A DNA stretch of 64,000 nt from a virus: positions 64,001 to 128,000 of IMG/VR virus record IMGVR_UViG_3300045988_180880; one strand, given 5' to 3'. Below are positions 9,389 to 18,645 of the stretch, in pieces; the first letter of the stretch is position 1, and the number at the start of each line of letters is the position of its first letter. The translations under genes were made by a program, and so were the position numbers. The notes under the pieces are model-generated. The model saw only the letters and a list, made by a program, of their open reading frames with translations. It was not told the DNA's origin and searched no databases.

Positions 9389-9780
9389 ACAAAGAAATGC
9401 TGGAAATAATAATAGACAGACGAAGTCAAAGTTTTTTAAAATCAGCAACTTATCAACGAGAAAAAGATGAATTATTAGTACTTTTTAAAACTTAATGTGT
9501 AGATTTGAAAAATTCTTAGAAACTCTAAGGCTTGTTGGAAGTATAGCAAGAACTATACTCTCTGGAATTGAAGAATATAGAAAAATTCAAGAAACAAAAG
9601 CTTATCGAGAGAATAAGAAAAATAATGTAAAATATCTACCAAGACCAAAAAGGTATAATAGTAGAAGAAAACAAAGATAAGATCAACGACTATGTATTGT
9701 TAGATTAAGGAAACTCTTTAATCATGATATAGTCTAATCTTACGTGAATAAGCGTAAGCAGGATAAGAGATTAGAAGACG
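9389..9780 (+). mobile_element. Group I intron core (type A); second half of the tandem insertion
   Basis: AAATGCTGGAAAT (9395) / AAATCAGCAAC (9439) / GATCAACGACTAT (9681) / GATATAGTCTAA (9726), P9 hairpin. No convincing P1 of its own. Confidence 0.55.
9495..9680 (+). CDS. Small basic ORF inside intron core
   Basis: 61-aa ORF with a K/R-rich C-terminus. No endonuclease motif. Confidence 0.3.
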   Translation: MCRFEKFLETLRLVGSIARTILSGIEEYRKIQETKAYRENKKNNVKYLPRPKRYNSRRKQR

Positions 9781-10106
9781 TCTTTTAAAAATTATAATAT
9801 CTAATCTCTTTGAATGGCCTAGTTCAGGATATTTAACACGACAAATTTCATTCCTTTTAAATAGTTTTATATATCATGAAGGAGAAGATCCAGAAAACAC
9901 AGGATTACTCATTCCACGATATAAAGCATTAGGAAGAACAGCACCGAACGGAAAGGTATACCCAGACAAACCAATAGTAAATGGTTCTGAGGATGATCTT
10001 GTTCCAGTACGTTCGATTGTTACAAAAAGAACTGGAGATTTAAGCACAATTACACCAGACCTGATTGGAAAGAAATTTAGTTTTACTGATGGAGCAGCAA
10101 TAGGAT
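9781..10106 (+). CDS. rpoC: RNA polymerase beta' exon 6 (bridge helix region)
   Basis: SSGYLTRQ matches bacterial NSGYLTRR. The frame is open only from 9767. The track lists no ORF here because there is no start codon. Confidence 0.75.
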
Positions 10107-10353
10107 AAGTTTAGAATTGTCCATAAAAGTTTGTTATAGACTTTTATTAAACTTCAAGAATTGCTGGGAGTATTATCGCTATTTATTCTTCGCCTTGTAA
10201 AATAAAAAACTTAAGGCGAAAATTATATAGCGAGAGATAATCAGCAAAAGATATAGAAAATATATCTTCTTAACGACTATGTGTGAAGGAGAGATTAAAA
10301 CACTCTTAAGATATAGTCTAGTAATCTATATAAAGTTTGTATAGGTTTAATCG
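10107..10353 (+). mobile_element. Group I intron, type A, ORF-less
   Basis: GAATTGCTGGGAG / TAATCAGCA / CTTAACGACTAT / AGATATAGTCTA. The junction gives GAAIG-L-SFATS. Confidence 0.7.
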
Positions 10354-10400
10354 TATCATTTGCTACATCATTAACTGAAGGTACTACTCAATTAAAATTG
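10354..10400 (+). CDS. rpoC: RNA polymerase beta' exon 7 (trigger-loop base); 3' end approximate
   Basis: SFATSLTEGTTQLK matches bacterial AAQSIGEPGTQLT. The 3' boundary is uncertain by about 10 nt. Confidence 0.6.
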
Positions 10401-10573
10401 GTTGCTATATAAAATAGTATTATATAGAAAATCTTTGTAAAATGCTGGAAATTAAAAAAAAATAATCAGCATCAAGGAATATATTAATAACTTGTTCAAC
10501 GACTATAAAAAAAGATCTTATTAATTTAAGAATGGTATAGTCTAAATTCATTCTAAAAGGATGAATAATCTTG
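10401..10573 (+). mobile_element. Group I intron, type A, ORF-less (boundaries approximate)
   Basis: AAATGCTGGAAAT / TAATCAGCATC / GTTCAACGACTAT / GGTATAGTCTAA, then a P9 hairpin. Confidence 0.65.
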
Positions 10574-10602
10574 CAGCATTAGGTCTGAAACATGGTGGCC
10601 AT
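10574..10602 (+). CDS. rpoC: RNA polymerase beta' exon 8 (about 29 nt)
   Basis: Encodes ALGLKHGGH (bacterial RTFHIGG). The 3' end is set by P1 GCCAT/GTGGC with U.G. Confidence 0.65.
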
Positions 10603-10762
10603 AGATTATATTTGTGGCGTATAATTTCAATAATTGCTGGAAATATTTGTAATAAAATAAATCAGCAGGGGAAAATAAAATCCCTTCAACGACTATAAAT
10701 GAAACTAGATGAATTTCTGGATGATATAGTCTAACTTATAAATTATATTATAAGAGTAATTG
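10603..10762 (+). mobile_element. Group I intron, type A, ORF-less (about 160 nt)
   Basis: TAATTGCTGGAAAT / AAATCAGCAGG / CTTCAACGACTAT / GATATAGTCTAA, 3' G at 10762. Confidence 0.75.
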
Positions 10763-11002
10763 GAACGTGTGCTTAATACAGAAGGAAATCTTAAAGCACC
10801 AAAACAATGTGAGTTTAGAGAGGAAGGCAGATGGATTTACCTAAAAGTTAGAGGAGGAGAATTAAAATATCCGAGACCTAATAATTGGGTAGGAGTAGGT
10901 AAGACAAAATTTGAGAAAGGTGACTTAATAGGGTCAGCTTATAATACTACCTCGCCTATTTACAAGTTGAACGCTCTCATAAAACTTATGCGTGCCAAAG
11001 GT
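10763..11002 (+). CDS. rpoC: RNA polymerase beta' exon 9
   Basis: Open frame ERVLNTEGN..MRAKG. Ends in AAAGGT, the type B insertion site. Confidence 0.7.
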
Positions 11003-11195
11003 GAATATAAAATTGCCGTCTAAGGAAGTAATTCTCTAGATAATTAGTAAGTAAATTTGGTGAAGCTAGTAACTAGTAATACCAAGCCTTGGATTAATAA
11101 TTAGAATCTTAAGGTATAACGAATAAAGACTTACCAACTTTTTTATAAGTTGAATTTATATTCTAAACTATAATAAGAAAATTATAGATAAATTG
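11003..11195 (+). mobile_element. Group I intron, type B, ORF-less
   Basis: GCCG guide, P2 hairpin, AGTAAGTAAATTTGGTGAAG / AATACCAAG / TATAACGAATAAAGACTTACC / AATTTATATTCT, terminal hairpin, tail ATAAATTG. Confidence 0.7.
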
Positions 11196-11804
11196 AGTGA
11201 TGGCACAAGATATTTTGAGAAGGATAATGTTATTGTATCTGATTGTTATGCTTTGAATGATGGGGTTATTCATTACAAAGAGACCAAGGAAGGTGATACT
11301 GAAGTTTGGATTGGTGATACTCAGTATGACTATAATCCAGAGTGTATGTATTATTTTCCTGATGGTACAGAGATTAAGAAATTTCAAAGAATTTCCAGCG
11401 GAGTTTGCAATATGAATCATGTTATTGCAGAGTTGGGTTCTAATATTAATGATATTTACTTAATCTTTAGAAAACAATTTTATACTTTAACAGATGGAGG
11501 ATTTGTATCAACTGGTTTATCAGATCTTCATGCTACACAGGAAGAACTTATTGAACTTTTATTCACAGGTTTAACTGATGTAGGTGTAGATCCAGAAACA
11601 CAGAAGATTGAAGACATCCAATATCTAGGTACTCAAAGTGGTGTTTTAAATAAGAAGTCATTCTATACTGTTTTGTCTTACGGTTATAGCTCTAGAGTTG
11701 TGTCTAAAGCTCTCAAAGGGGAATTAAATCTTTCTGGTGACGTAATGACAGAAACTATATTAGGATTACTTTTAAATAATAAACTTGACGAAAAACAAAA
11801 GTAA
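11196..11804 (+). CDS. rpoC: RNA polymerase beta' exon 10 (C-terminal)
   Basis: Open frame SDGTRYFEKDN.. running to the stop at 11804. Confidence 0.7.
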   Translation, partial: SDGTRYFEKDNVIVSDCYALNDGVIHYKETKEGDTEVWIGDTQYDYNPECMYYFPDGTEIKKFQRISSGVCNMNHVIAELGSNINDIYLIFRKQFYTLTDGGFVSTGLSDLHATQEELIELLFTGLTDVGVDPETQKIEDIQYLGTQSGVLNKKSFYTVLSYGYSSRVVSKALKGELNLSGDVMTETILGLLLNNKLDEKQK

Positions 11805-11813
11805 AAACAAATT

Positions 11814-12092
11814 ATGGGAACTATTAAATTTGAAATAGATCTTCCAGAATTTGAAAAAGAGTTGAGTATTAATGTAACTATTCATAGAGACGGTGAGGTG
11901 GTTTATACTACTACTACCTCATCTTCCTCTGTGGATAAATCTAATAATACTAATCTTTTATCGAGCCTTGGAAGTAAACCCGAGCAAGAAAAATGTATCT
12001 CTGTGGATGGAGATAAACAAAAAGAAGAAAAACCCAAGAAAGCATCAACTACATCTCGAAGGGGAGGAAATTTGATGAACTTGGATATATGA
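11814..12092 (+). CDS. Hypothetical protein
   Basis: ORF between beta' and beta. S/T-rich and K/E-rich low complexity. Confidence 0.45.
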   Translation: MGTIKFEIDLPEFEKELSINVTIHRDGEVVYTTTTSSSSVDKSNNTNLLSSLGSKPEQEKCISVDGDKQKEEKPKKASTTSRRGGNLMNLDI

Positions 12093-12123
12093 TGATTAAA
12101 ACCAGAGAAGAGAATTTTTTGTT

Positions 12124-12474
12124 ATGAACGATAATTATTATAAAATTATACTATCATATGAAATTCCATATAACATTTTAGACAGTCAAGATCCGAATAT
12201 TATACAGGCGAGAGAAATATTATATGAAAAACTTAGAGATGATATTTTTCCGAAGTATGAAAGATTTTCGGTAAAGCTTACATTACATCAACTTAAAGAT
12301 AACTTCAATTATCTTGTTACTTATGAAGCTTTTTTTAGATCTCTTGATGGTAAACCTATGGGAGAATATGTAGAGGCTCGTAGCTTAAAAGATAGTATTA
12401 AATCAGAATTAGAAACATTTTTTAATTCAGTAGATTGCGAATATAAGCAATTAAATATAAAACCATTAGTATAA
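12124..12474 (+). CDS. Hypothetical protein
   Basis: ORF whose stop overlaps the beta start (TAATG). Confidence 0.55.
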   Translation: MNDNYYKIILSYEIPYNILDSQDPNIIQAREILYEKLRDDIFPKYERFSVKLTLHQLKDNFNYLVTYEAFFRSLDGKPMGEYVEARSLKDSIKSELETFFNSVDCEYKQLNIKPLV

Positions 12475-13336
12475 TGAGTAATTTTAATCAATATTTCAGA
12501 AACACTGGAGCAAAAATTATAGTAGATCGATTTTTTAATAAAGTTGATGCATATAATCCTAAAGTAAAAGTTGGAAAAATTGGATATTCATTTATAGAAG
12601 AACCTCCTCAACCAGCTTCTTACTATATTGAAAATGGATTAACTGCTACACATAAAGTAAGAATTGAATATACAACTATAACGGATGGGAAAGAAGATCC
12701 TGAAATGAAGTATGCAGAGTTCGAAGTTCCTAAAGAAATTGATGGTGCATTTATTATAGAAGGCGCTTATCGTATTTCAACTAATCGAATGGGATCTGAT
12801 TATGACTGTCGTATTAAAATGTCTGGTACAGGAGATTATAAAGTTAATTTCGACTATGATAGAGTTTACGATATTCAAAAACAGATTCTGAAGATAAAAA
12901 GAATTAATCCGGAACTTGGAATTGCAGATAAACCAATTGATATAAAGTTTGAAGACATTGATAAATACTTGGAAACTGATAAAAAGGAGATCTTGAAGTT
13001 AACTGAAAGACAAACCAAGAAATTAATGATCAAACTTGACTTGGATTATAAACCTGAATATATTACACAAAAACTAATACAGGAATGTTTGGCCTTTGGA
13101 GATGATAGACTAAAAGACTTAATCATTGATAAAACATTAGAATCAGTTCCTAACAGTTTTATGCAATATATTTTTAGGAATAATAATGGACGTAACTATT
13201 TTGCAGCTAGACGAAGAATTACATCATATTTTACAAAGTATGGTAAAATTCAAGATCAAGTTACTGCAATTAGTACTTTGTGTTTTAGATTTTTTAAAGG
13301 AAGTAGCGATAACAAAGGAGATTCAGGAGTACAGGT
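12474..13336 (+). CDS. rpoB: RNA polymerase beta homologue, exon 1
   Basis: DGAFIIEGAYRISTNRM resembles bacterial GTFVINGTERVIVSQL. Ends in CAGGT ahead of the type B guide GCCG. Confidence 0.8.
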
Positions 13337-13557
13337 ACAAAATATAAAGGTGCCGTTTTATGGAGAAATCTATAAAATTATTAGTAAGTAAATTCGGTGA
13401 AGGGTAAAACCTAATACCGAACTAAGGATAATGAAAATTTTTAGTGTAACGAATAAAGACTTACTAACTTATAATTAAAATATAAGTTAAATTTATATTC
13501 TGTTCTATATAAGTAGAACTTTATTTATATAGTTAACAATAAAGCCCCCCTGGAGTA
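13337..13557 (+). mobile_element. Group I intron, type B (3' boundary unresolved)
   Basis: GCCG, P2 hairpin, AGTAAGTAAATTCGGTGAAG / AATACCGAAC / GTGTAACGAATAAAGACTTACT / AAATTTATATTCT, terminal hairpin ending at 13531. Confidence 0.6.
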
Positions 13558-13641
13558 AATTCCATTAACTTAGAGGCAATCTCCCAAAAAATTGTTATTC
13601 CTGCGAGTGTAGCCTTTAATTCGACTTTTACAGATTTAGAT
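13558..13641 (+). CDS. rpoB: RNA polymerase beta exon 2 (5' end approximate)
   Basis: The only open frame is ISINLEAISQKIVIPASVAFNSTFTDLD. The 3' end is set by P1 TTAGAT/GTCTGA. Confidence 0.5.
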
Positions 13642-14763
13642 TAAGTCTGATTATAGAATATTTTTTATAATAAAAACTTTGAGAATTGCTAGAAAACTAG
13701 TGATAGTTAATTAGCAGTATAAAATAAGTATAATTATTTATGCGTTGAGAGGAAAAATTTTTGAAAGGAATTTAAGAATGACGCATGTAAAAGAAATTAA
13801 ATACCACAATCAATTATGGTATTATAAAACGTACAATCAGTTAATAGATAAGTGTATACAGATGGAGTCTGAAGGTTATCCTGAAGATATGTATACAGAG
13901 GTTCACCACATACTACCTAAATGTATGGGTGGGACAAATGATGAGTCTAACTTAGTAAGAATGCCAGTTAGGTATCATATAATGGCACATTTATTGTTAG
14001 CACAAGTATATCCAGAAATAAATGGATTAGTTTATGCAGCACATGTTCTAGTCTCAGTGAATAATTCAGTTGTATCTACGAATACAGCTGCATTAATTAG
14101 AGAAGATTTTAAAAAGTCTAGAATAGGATCTCATCATTCAGAAGAGACAAGGAGAAAAATTTCTGAATCTAACAAAGGAAAAGTTATCCCTAGAGAACTA
14201 GTAGAGAAGTTAAGATCTATTAATTTAGGGAAGAAACATTCACTTGAAACGAGAAAGAAGATGTCAGAAGCTAGAAAAAGAGAGAATTTATCCGAGGAAA
14301 CACTAAGAAAAAGATCTCTAGCGTCCTCTGGAAGAAAACATTCTGAAGAAGTCAAGAAGAAGATTTCTATAGCTAATACTGGAAAAATTTTTAGCGAAGA
14401 ACACAGACAAAACATATCTAAAAGTAAGATGGGAAAAGGACATCCACATACTGAAAAAACAAAGAAAATGATGTCTGATACTAGCGTTAAGAGAAAAAGA
14501 GTTCAAGGCCCTGATGGAATAATTTACGAATCTATGAAACTTTGTTGTGAGAAATTTAATATTCATAGAGATACCCTTCGAAGCTGGATTAAAAATCACC
14601 CAGAAAAAGGCTTTAAATTTATTGATTAAAAAATTTATCATTACTATAAATTCCTTTCAATGTAATGAAATTTAATACTTATTTTATATTCAACGACTAT
14701 GTACAAAGAGGGAAATTCCTTAAGATATAGTCTAGTGATAAAGTAAAAAACTTTATCTATTCG
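13642..14763 (+). mobile_element. Group I intron, type A, with HNH ORF
   Basis: GAATTGCTAGAAA / TTAGCAG / ATTCAACGACTAT (14690) / AGATATAGTCTA, P9 hairpin, tail TATTCG. Confidence 0.8.
13745..14629 (+). CDS. Intron-encoded HNH homing endonuclease
   Basis: EVHHILPKCMGGTN and repeated SEETRxKIS modules. C-terminal WIKNHPEKGFKF. Likely start is the ATG at 13778. Confidence 0.8.
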   Translation: MRGKIFERNLRMTHVKEIKYHNQLWYYKTYNQLIDKCIQMESEGYPEDMYTEVHHILPKCMGGTNDESNLVRMPVRYHIMAHLLLAQVYPEINGLVYAAHVLVSVNNSVVSTNTAALIREDFKKSRIGSHHSEETRRKISESNKGKVIPRELVEKLRSINLGKKHSLETRKKMSEARKRENLSEETLRKRSLASSGRKHSEEVKKKISIANTGKIFSEEHRQNISKSKMGKGHPHTEKTKKMMSDTSVKRKRVQGPDGIIYESMKLCCEKFNIHRDTLRSWIKNHPEKGFKFID

Positions 14764-15132
14764 TTAGTCGATATTGCCGACACTCCTATAAATAATAATA
14801 CTAACCTCCAGAACTCACTTACAGTTTCATGTCATATTACAGACGATGATGTACTATTTGATGTATATGATACAAATTTCGTAAAAATAACAATAAAATA
14901 TATAGACTATCTTAATAAAAAAGTAGCTGCCAGTGAGTATGTAGATTATGAAACTAACACTTTAAAGCCAGATAAAGATGGTCAAGTGGAGGTTAAGTAT
15001 AGGATGAAAAGAAAGATGGTTCCAGTCGAAGAAGTGGAATTGATCGATTTACATCCTGATTACAGATTGTCTAGCACAACTCGAAGAATCCCATTTGTGA
15101 ATTATACAGATAGTGTCAGAATAAGCATGGGT
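14764..15132 (+). CDS. rpoB: RNA polymerase beta exon 3
   Basis: LVDIADTPINNNTNLQNSL resembles bacterial RVCPIETPEGPNIGLINSL. IPFVNYTDSVRISMG resembles IPFLEHDDANRALMG. Confidence 0.8.
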
Positions 15133-15326
15133 ACTAATTTATGTGCCGCTTAAAGTAGTAATATTTTAAGTAACCAGTAAGTAAATTCGGTGAAAGAGTG
15201 ACTGAGCTTTAATACCGAGCTAAAGATAATAGATTTCTTTAGTGTAACGAATAAAGACTTACTAACCAAAATAAAGGTTAAATTTATATTCTAAACTATA
15301 ATTAAAAGTATATTATAGAAGATTTG
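15133..15326 (+). mobile_element. Group I intron, type B, ORF-less
   Basis: Follows ATGGGT. Same conserved core as 11003-11195. The junction restores MG-TSMLKQSIPL (bacterial MGSNMQRQAVPL). Confidence 0.8.
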
Positions 15327-16266
15327 ACATCAATGCTTAAACAGAGTATACCTCTGATTAATGCGGAGCGTGCACTTGTTGACACTGGAAGGAATGAAGA
15401 GTTGAAAGATAATATATTAAATGAAAAGTTCAGTTATCCAGAGGGTAAGGTAAAGGATATAACAGAGGATGAAGTTATAATTGAATTGCCTGATGGAACT
15501 GAGACAAATATTTTACGAAGAACAGCGATTCAGAGTATAAATGACGTGGCGGTATTTACAGAGCCTAAAGTAAAAATCGGCCAAAAAGTAAAACAGGGAG
15601 ATATTATAACTGGTGCAGTTGGACATACTCCTGAAACATATAAGGCCGGCGTTAATGCTCTGGTACTTTTCCACGCCTATTATGGTTTAGTAAATGAGGA
15701 TGCTTTGGTGATATCAGAATCATTTGCAAATCGTATAGCATCTTATAGTATAATTGACTTAATGATTAATGTTAAGAGTACTAGTGCTATTAAGTGGATC
15801 GCCCCTATTGGAACAAAGGTTAAATCAAAAGATGCAGTAGTGACATTATATAAAGCTGTTCGTCTTGATGCTATAAATCAGGCACTACAAGAAAAACTCG
15901 GAGGACTTTTCGGAGAAGGACATGATCTCTCCGAATATACTATCGAGGATCATTTAGTTGTGCCTAATAATATAGACGAGGCAATAGTTTCTGATGTAAT
16001 GATACAGGAAATGAAGAAACCTAAAATTCCTAAATCAGTAAAATCACCTGACTATTCATTTACACATACCTCTCAGGATGTTATAGATGAATATGAAAAA
16101 ACAAAATCTCGAAAAATTATCTACGAGAAATACCCAGAGTATATTGCAGCTGATACATTAGATCCTATTAATATGGATCCAGAAGCGTATAAGATTGTGT
16201 ATACTGTTCGCGTGAGACTCATCAAAAGAACTGTGGGAATGATCGGAAGTAAAATTACCTCTAGAT
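15327..16266 (+). CDS. rpoB: RNA polymerase beta exon 4
   Basis: NALVLFHAYYGLVNEDALVISE resembles bacterial [22 protein letters not shown]. P1 CTAGAT/GTCTAG. Confidence 0.85.
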
Positions 16267-17666
16267 TTAATATAAGTCTAGTTAATTTTCAATAAAAGTT
16301 AACTAAATTTTGTGAATTGCTGGAAAAATCTAAATAAAATAGATGGATAGATAAATCAGCAGTATATTTATGTTTAATTATGAGTAAAATATGAGCGATA
16401 TTAATTTTTAATAATAAATTGAACAATGAGCGAAGAAGAAATATTAATACATAATCAAAATTGGTATCGCAAAGTATATTTCCAAATAATTGATCGCGCT
16501 AGATTAAGAGGTTTGGATAAAAATAAAATTGATTTTTATGTAGAAATTCATCATATACTACCTAAATGCCTAGGAGGAACTGATGAAAATGATAACTTAG
16601 TTGCATTAACTTATAGAGAACATATAGTTTGTCATAAATTATTGTGTAAATTATACCCAGATAATTACTACTTACATTCTTCTATATATTTAATGCTACA
16701 TATTAAAATAGAAAATGGGAAGAAGGTAAAAACATTTTCTAATTCTAAAGAGGCAGAAGAATATAAGCTTTTCTTGAAAACTCATAAAAAGCCTCTTTCT
16801 GAGGAATCTAGAAAAAAGATGTCAGAATCGCATAAAGGTTGGAGTCCATCTGAGGAACATAGAAGAAGAGTTTCAGAAGTACATACTGGAAAAATCGTTT
16901 CAAAAGAAACCAGAGAAAAATTAAGAAAGGTTAATCTGGGAAGACATCATACAGAAGAATCCAAAAGAAAGATATCAGAGTCACGTAGAGGAAAGAAATT
17001 ATCTTCAGAACAAAAAGAAAAAATTTCAAAATCACTAAAAGGAAAAAGATTAGGAATCTCTCCAACTAAGGAACAAGTAGAAAAAGCAAAACAAACTCGG
17101 ATACTCCATGGAGGGTGGGTACATACAGATGAAAGTAAAAGAAAAATTTCAGAATCTTTAAAGAAGACGAATTCTGTCTCTGAACATATATCAGAAGATA
17201 TAAGAAATTCTTTAAGGAAAAAGTTTGGGTTCGCTGTAAGATATACTGATATTAATACTGGTGAAATTTACGAATTTGATTCAATTACAAAAGCTGTTAG
17301 TGAACTTAAAGAGTTAAGTATTATGAATAAAAGCTTTCATTTTATAAAGCGTTCTTGTACATTAAATATTAATGGATTTGAATTTATCAATGAAACAAAT
17401 GAAATGATTCAAAAGAAAGTTCAGGGGCCTGATGGAATTATTTACAATAGTATATCTGAATGTGCTAGACAATTGAATACAGTTAGATCTGTAATTATTG
17501 ATTGGATTACTAATCATCCAGAAAAAGGATTTAAATACATTTAAAAAATCAATCGCTCATTGATATAAAAATAATTAAATAAAATATATTCAACGACTAT
17601 GTACAAAGAAGGAGTATTTCCTTAAGATATAGTCTAGACTTTACTTAATTAAGTAAAGTATTATCG
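16267..17666 (+). mobile_element. Group I intron, type A, with HNH ORF
   Basis: GAATTGCTGGAAAA / AAATCAGCAG / ATTCAACGACTAT (17589) / AGATATAGTCTA, P9 hairpin, tail ATTATCG. Confidence 0.8.
16426..17544 (+). CDS. Intron-encoded HNH homing endonuclease
   Basis: EIHHILPKCLGGTDENDN..H and repeated SEExRxKxS modules. C-terminal WITNHPEKGFKY. Confidence 0.8.
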   Translation: MSEEEILIHNQNWYRKVYFQIIDRARLRGLDKNKIDFYVEIHHILPKCLGGTDENDNLVALTYREHIVCHKLLCKLYPDNYYLHSSIYLMLHIKIENGKKVKTFSNSKEAEEYKLFLKTHKKPLSEESRKKMSESHKGWSPSEEHRRRVSEVHTGKIVSKETREKLRKVNLGRHHTEESKRKISESRRGKKLSSEQKEKISKSLKGKRLGISPTKEQVEKAKQTRILHGGWVHTDESKRKISESLKKTNSVSEHISEDIRNSLRKKFGFAVRYTDINTGEIYEFDSITKAVSELKELSIMNKSFHFIKRSCTLNINGFEFINETNEMIQKKVQGPDGIIYNSISECARQLNTVRSVIIDWITNHPEKGFKYI

Positions 17667-17680
17667 ATGGAGGCAAAGGT
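17667..17680 (+). CDS. rpoB: RNA polymerase beta exon 5, a 14-nt micro-exon
   Basis: ATGGAGGCAAAGGT. Joined to its neighbours it gives SR-Y-GGKG-VVS, matching bacterial GRHGNKGVIS with identical spacing. Confidence 0.7.
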
Positions 17681-17871
17681 CAAATTACAAGGCCGTTTAA
17701 GGTAGTAATATCTTAAATAATCAGTAAGTAAATTTGGTGAAGGAAGTAAAATTCTAATACCAAGCTAATAAAATATAATAATTTATTAGTATAACGAATA
17801 AAGACTTACTAGGTTGAAATAATACCTAAATTTATATTCTAATTTACTAGGATAATCTAGTAATAGTAATG
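17681..17871 (+). mobile_element. Group I intron, type B, ORF-less
   Basis: Follows AAAGGT. Has GGCCG, a P2 hairpin and the conserved type B core. Tail TAGTAATG. Confidence 0.75.
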
Positions 17872-18645
17872 GTTGTAAGTGCTGTGAAACCCGACGATAT
17901 GATGCCAATAATGGTAGATAAGGATGGGAAACAAAGACGTTGCGAAGTAGTGATGAATCCATACAGCACAATAAATCGTAAAATTCCGAGTGTCCTTATG
18001 GAATTACAACTCGGAAATATCGCTCACAAATTACACGATCTTGTAGATAATTATAAGAAAACAAAAACAGGGCAAAAGAAGATTAAGCCCCTTCTTGAAA
18101 CATATTACCCCGGACGTTTTACTAGTATGGATGTAGAAGAAATTATAGAACGTCATAATACTAGTAAAATCGAGGATATGTATTATTTCAATGTTGGCTG
18201 CTTCTCTACTAAATTTACTCCAGAACTTGTAAATCAATGGGCTGAAGATTTAGGTGTAGAAAGTCAGAGTAAAATTCTTATGCCTGAGACTGAATTAACA
18301 GATCTCGATGAATTAAAAGAAAATCTAGAACCAGAAGAATATGATAAATTAGTTTCTGGAATGTCTGGTAAGTTTAGAGAAGTAGATAAACCTTTGCAGG
18401 CGGGATTCATGACCCTTGAAGAGTTATACCATATACCATCATATAGTAATAAGGTTACATCAAGTCTATATGGCGTAGATATTAATGCTAAACGAGATGA
18501 ACCTATACTTGGAAAGGGACGCTATAGACAGACAGGACAGAAAATTGGTGAGATGGAATTGGCCGTATTACTTTCTAGAAATGCGGATCAATTTATCAGC
18601 GGTGCTAGAAAAGACACTGCGAAGGAAGATAATCAAATGTTCCTT
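17872..18645 (+). CDS. rpoB: RNA polymerase beta exon 6
   Basis: VVMNPYSTINRKIPS resembles IVLNPLGVPSRMNIGQ. GQKIGEMELAVL resembles GGQRFGEMEVWAL. Confidence 0.85.

Noticed and set aside
7180-10760. Regularly recurring ~40-nt conserved blocks that at first glance resemble a repeat-spacer (CRISPR-like) array.
   Set aside because: The repeated blocks are the P/Q and R/S cores of group I introns. Spacing is irregular. The 'spacers' are coding exons that restore beta' motifs.
10760-11023. Track ORF 10760-11023 as an independent 87-aa gene.
   Set aside because: It has a non-ATG start and lies between two intron cores. It continues the beta' frame, so it is treated as exon 9 (10763-11002).
11003-11195. 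Type B elements as group II introns or REP-like intergenic repeats.
   Set aside because: At about 190 nt they are far too short for group II, with no domain V/VI pattern. They sit inside conserved codons, and their removal restores the frame. They have P/Q/R/S-like pairings.
14134-14641. Antisense ORFs 14134-14415 and 14318-14641.
   Set aside because: They lie opposite the HNH gene, with low-complexity S/F/L-rich translation typical of the antisense of K/E-rich coding sequence.
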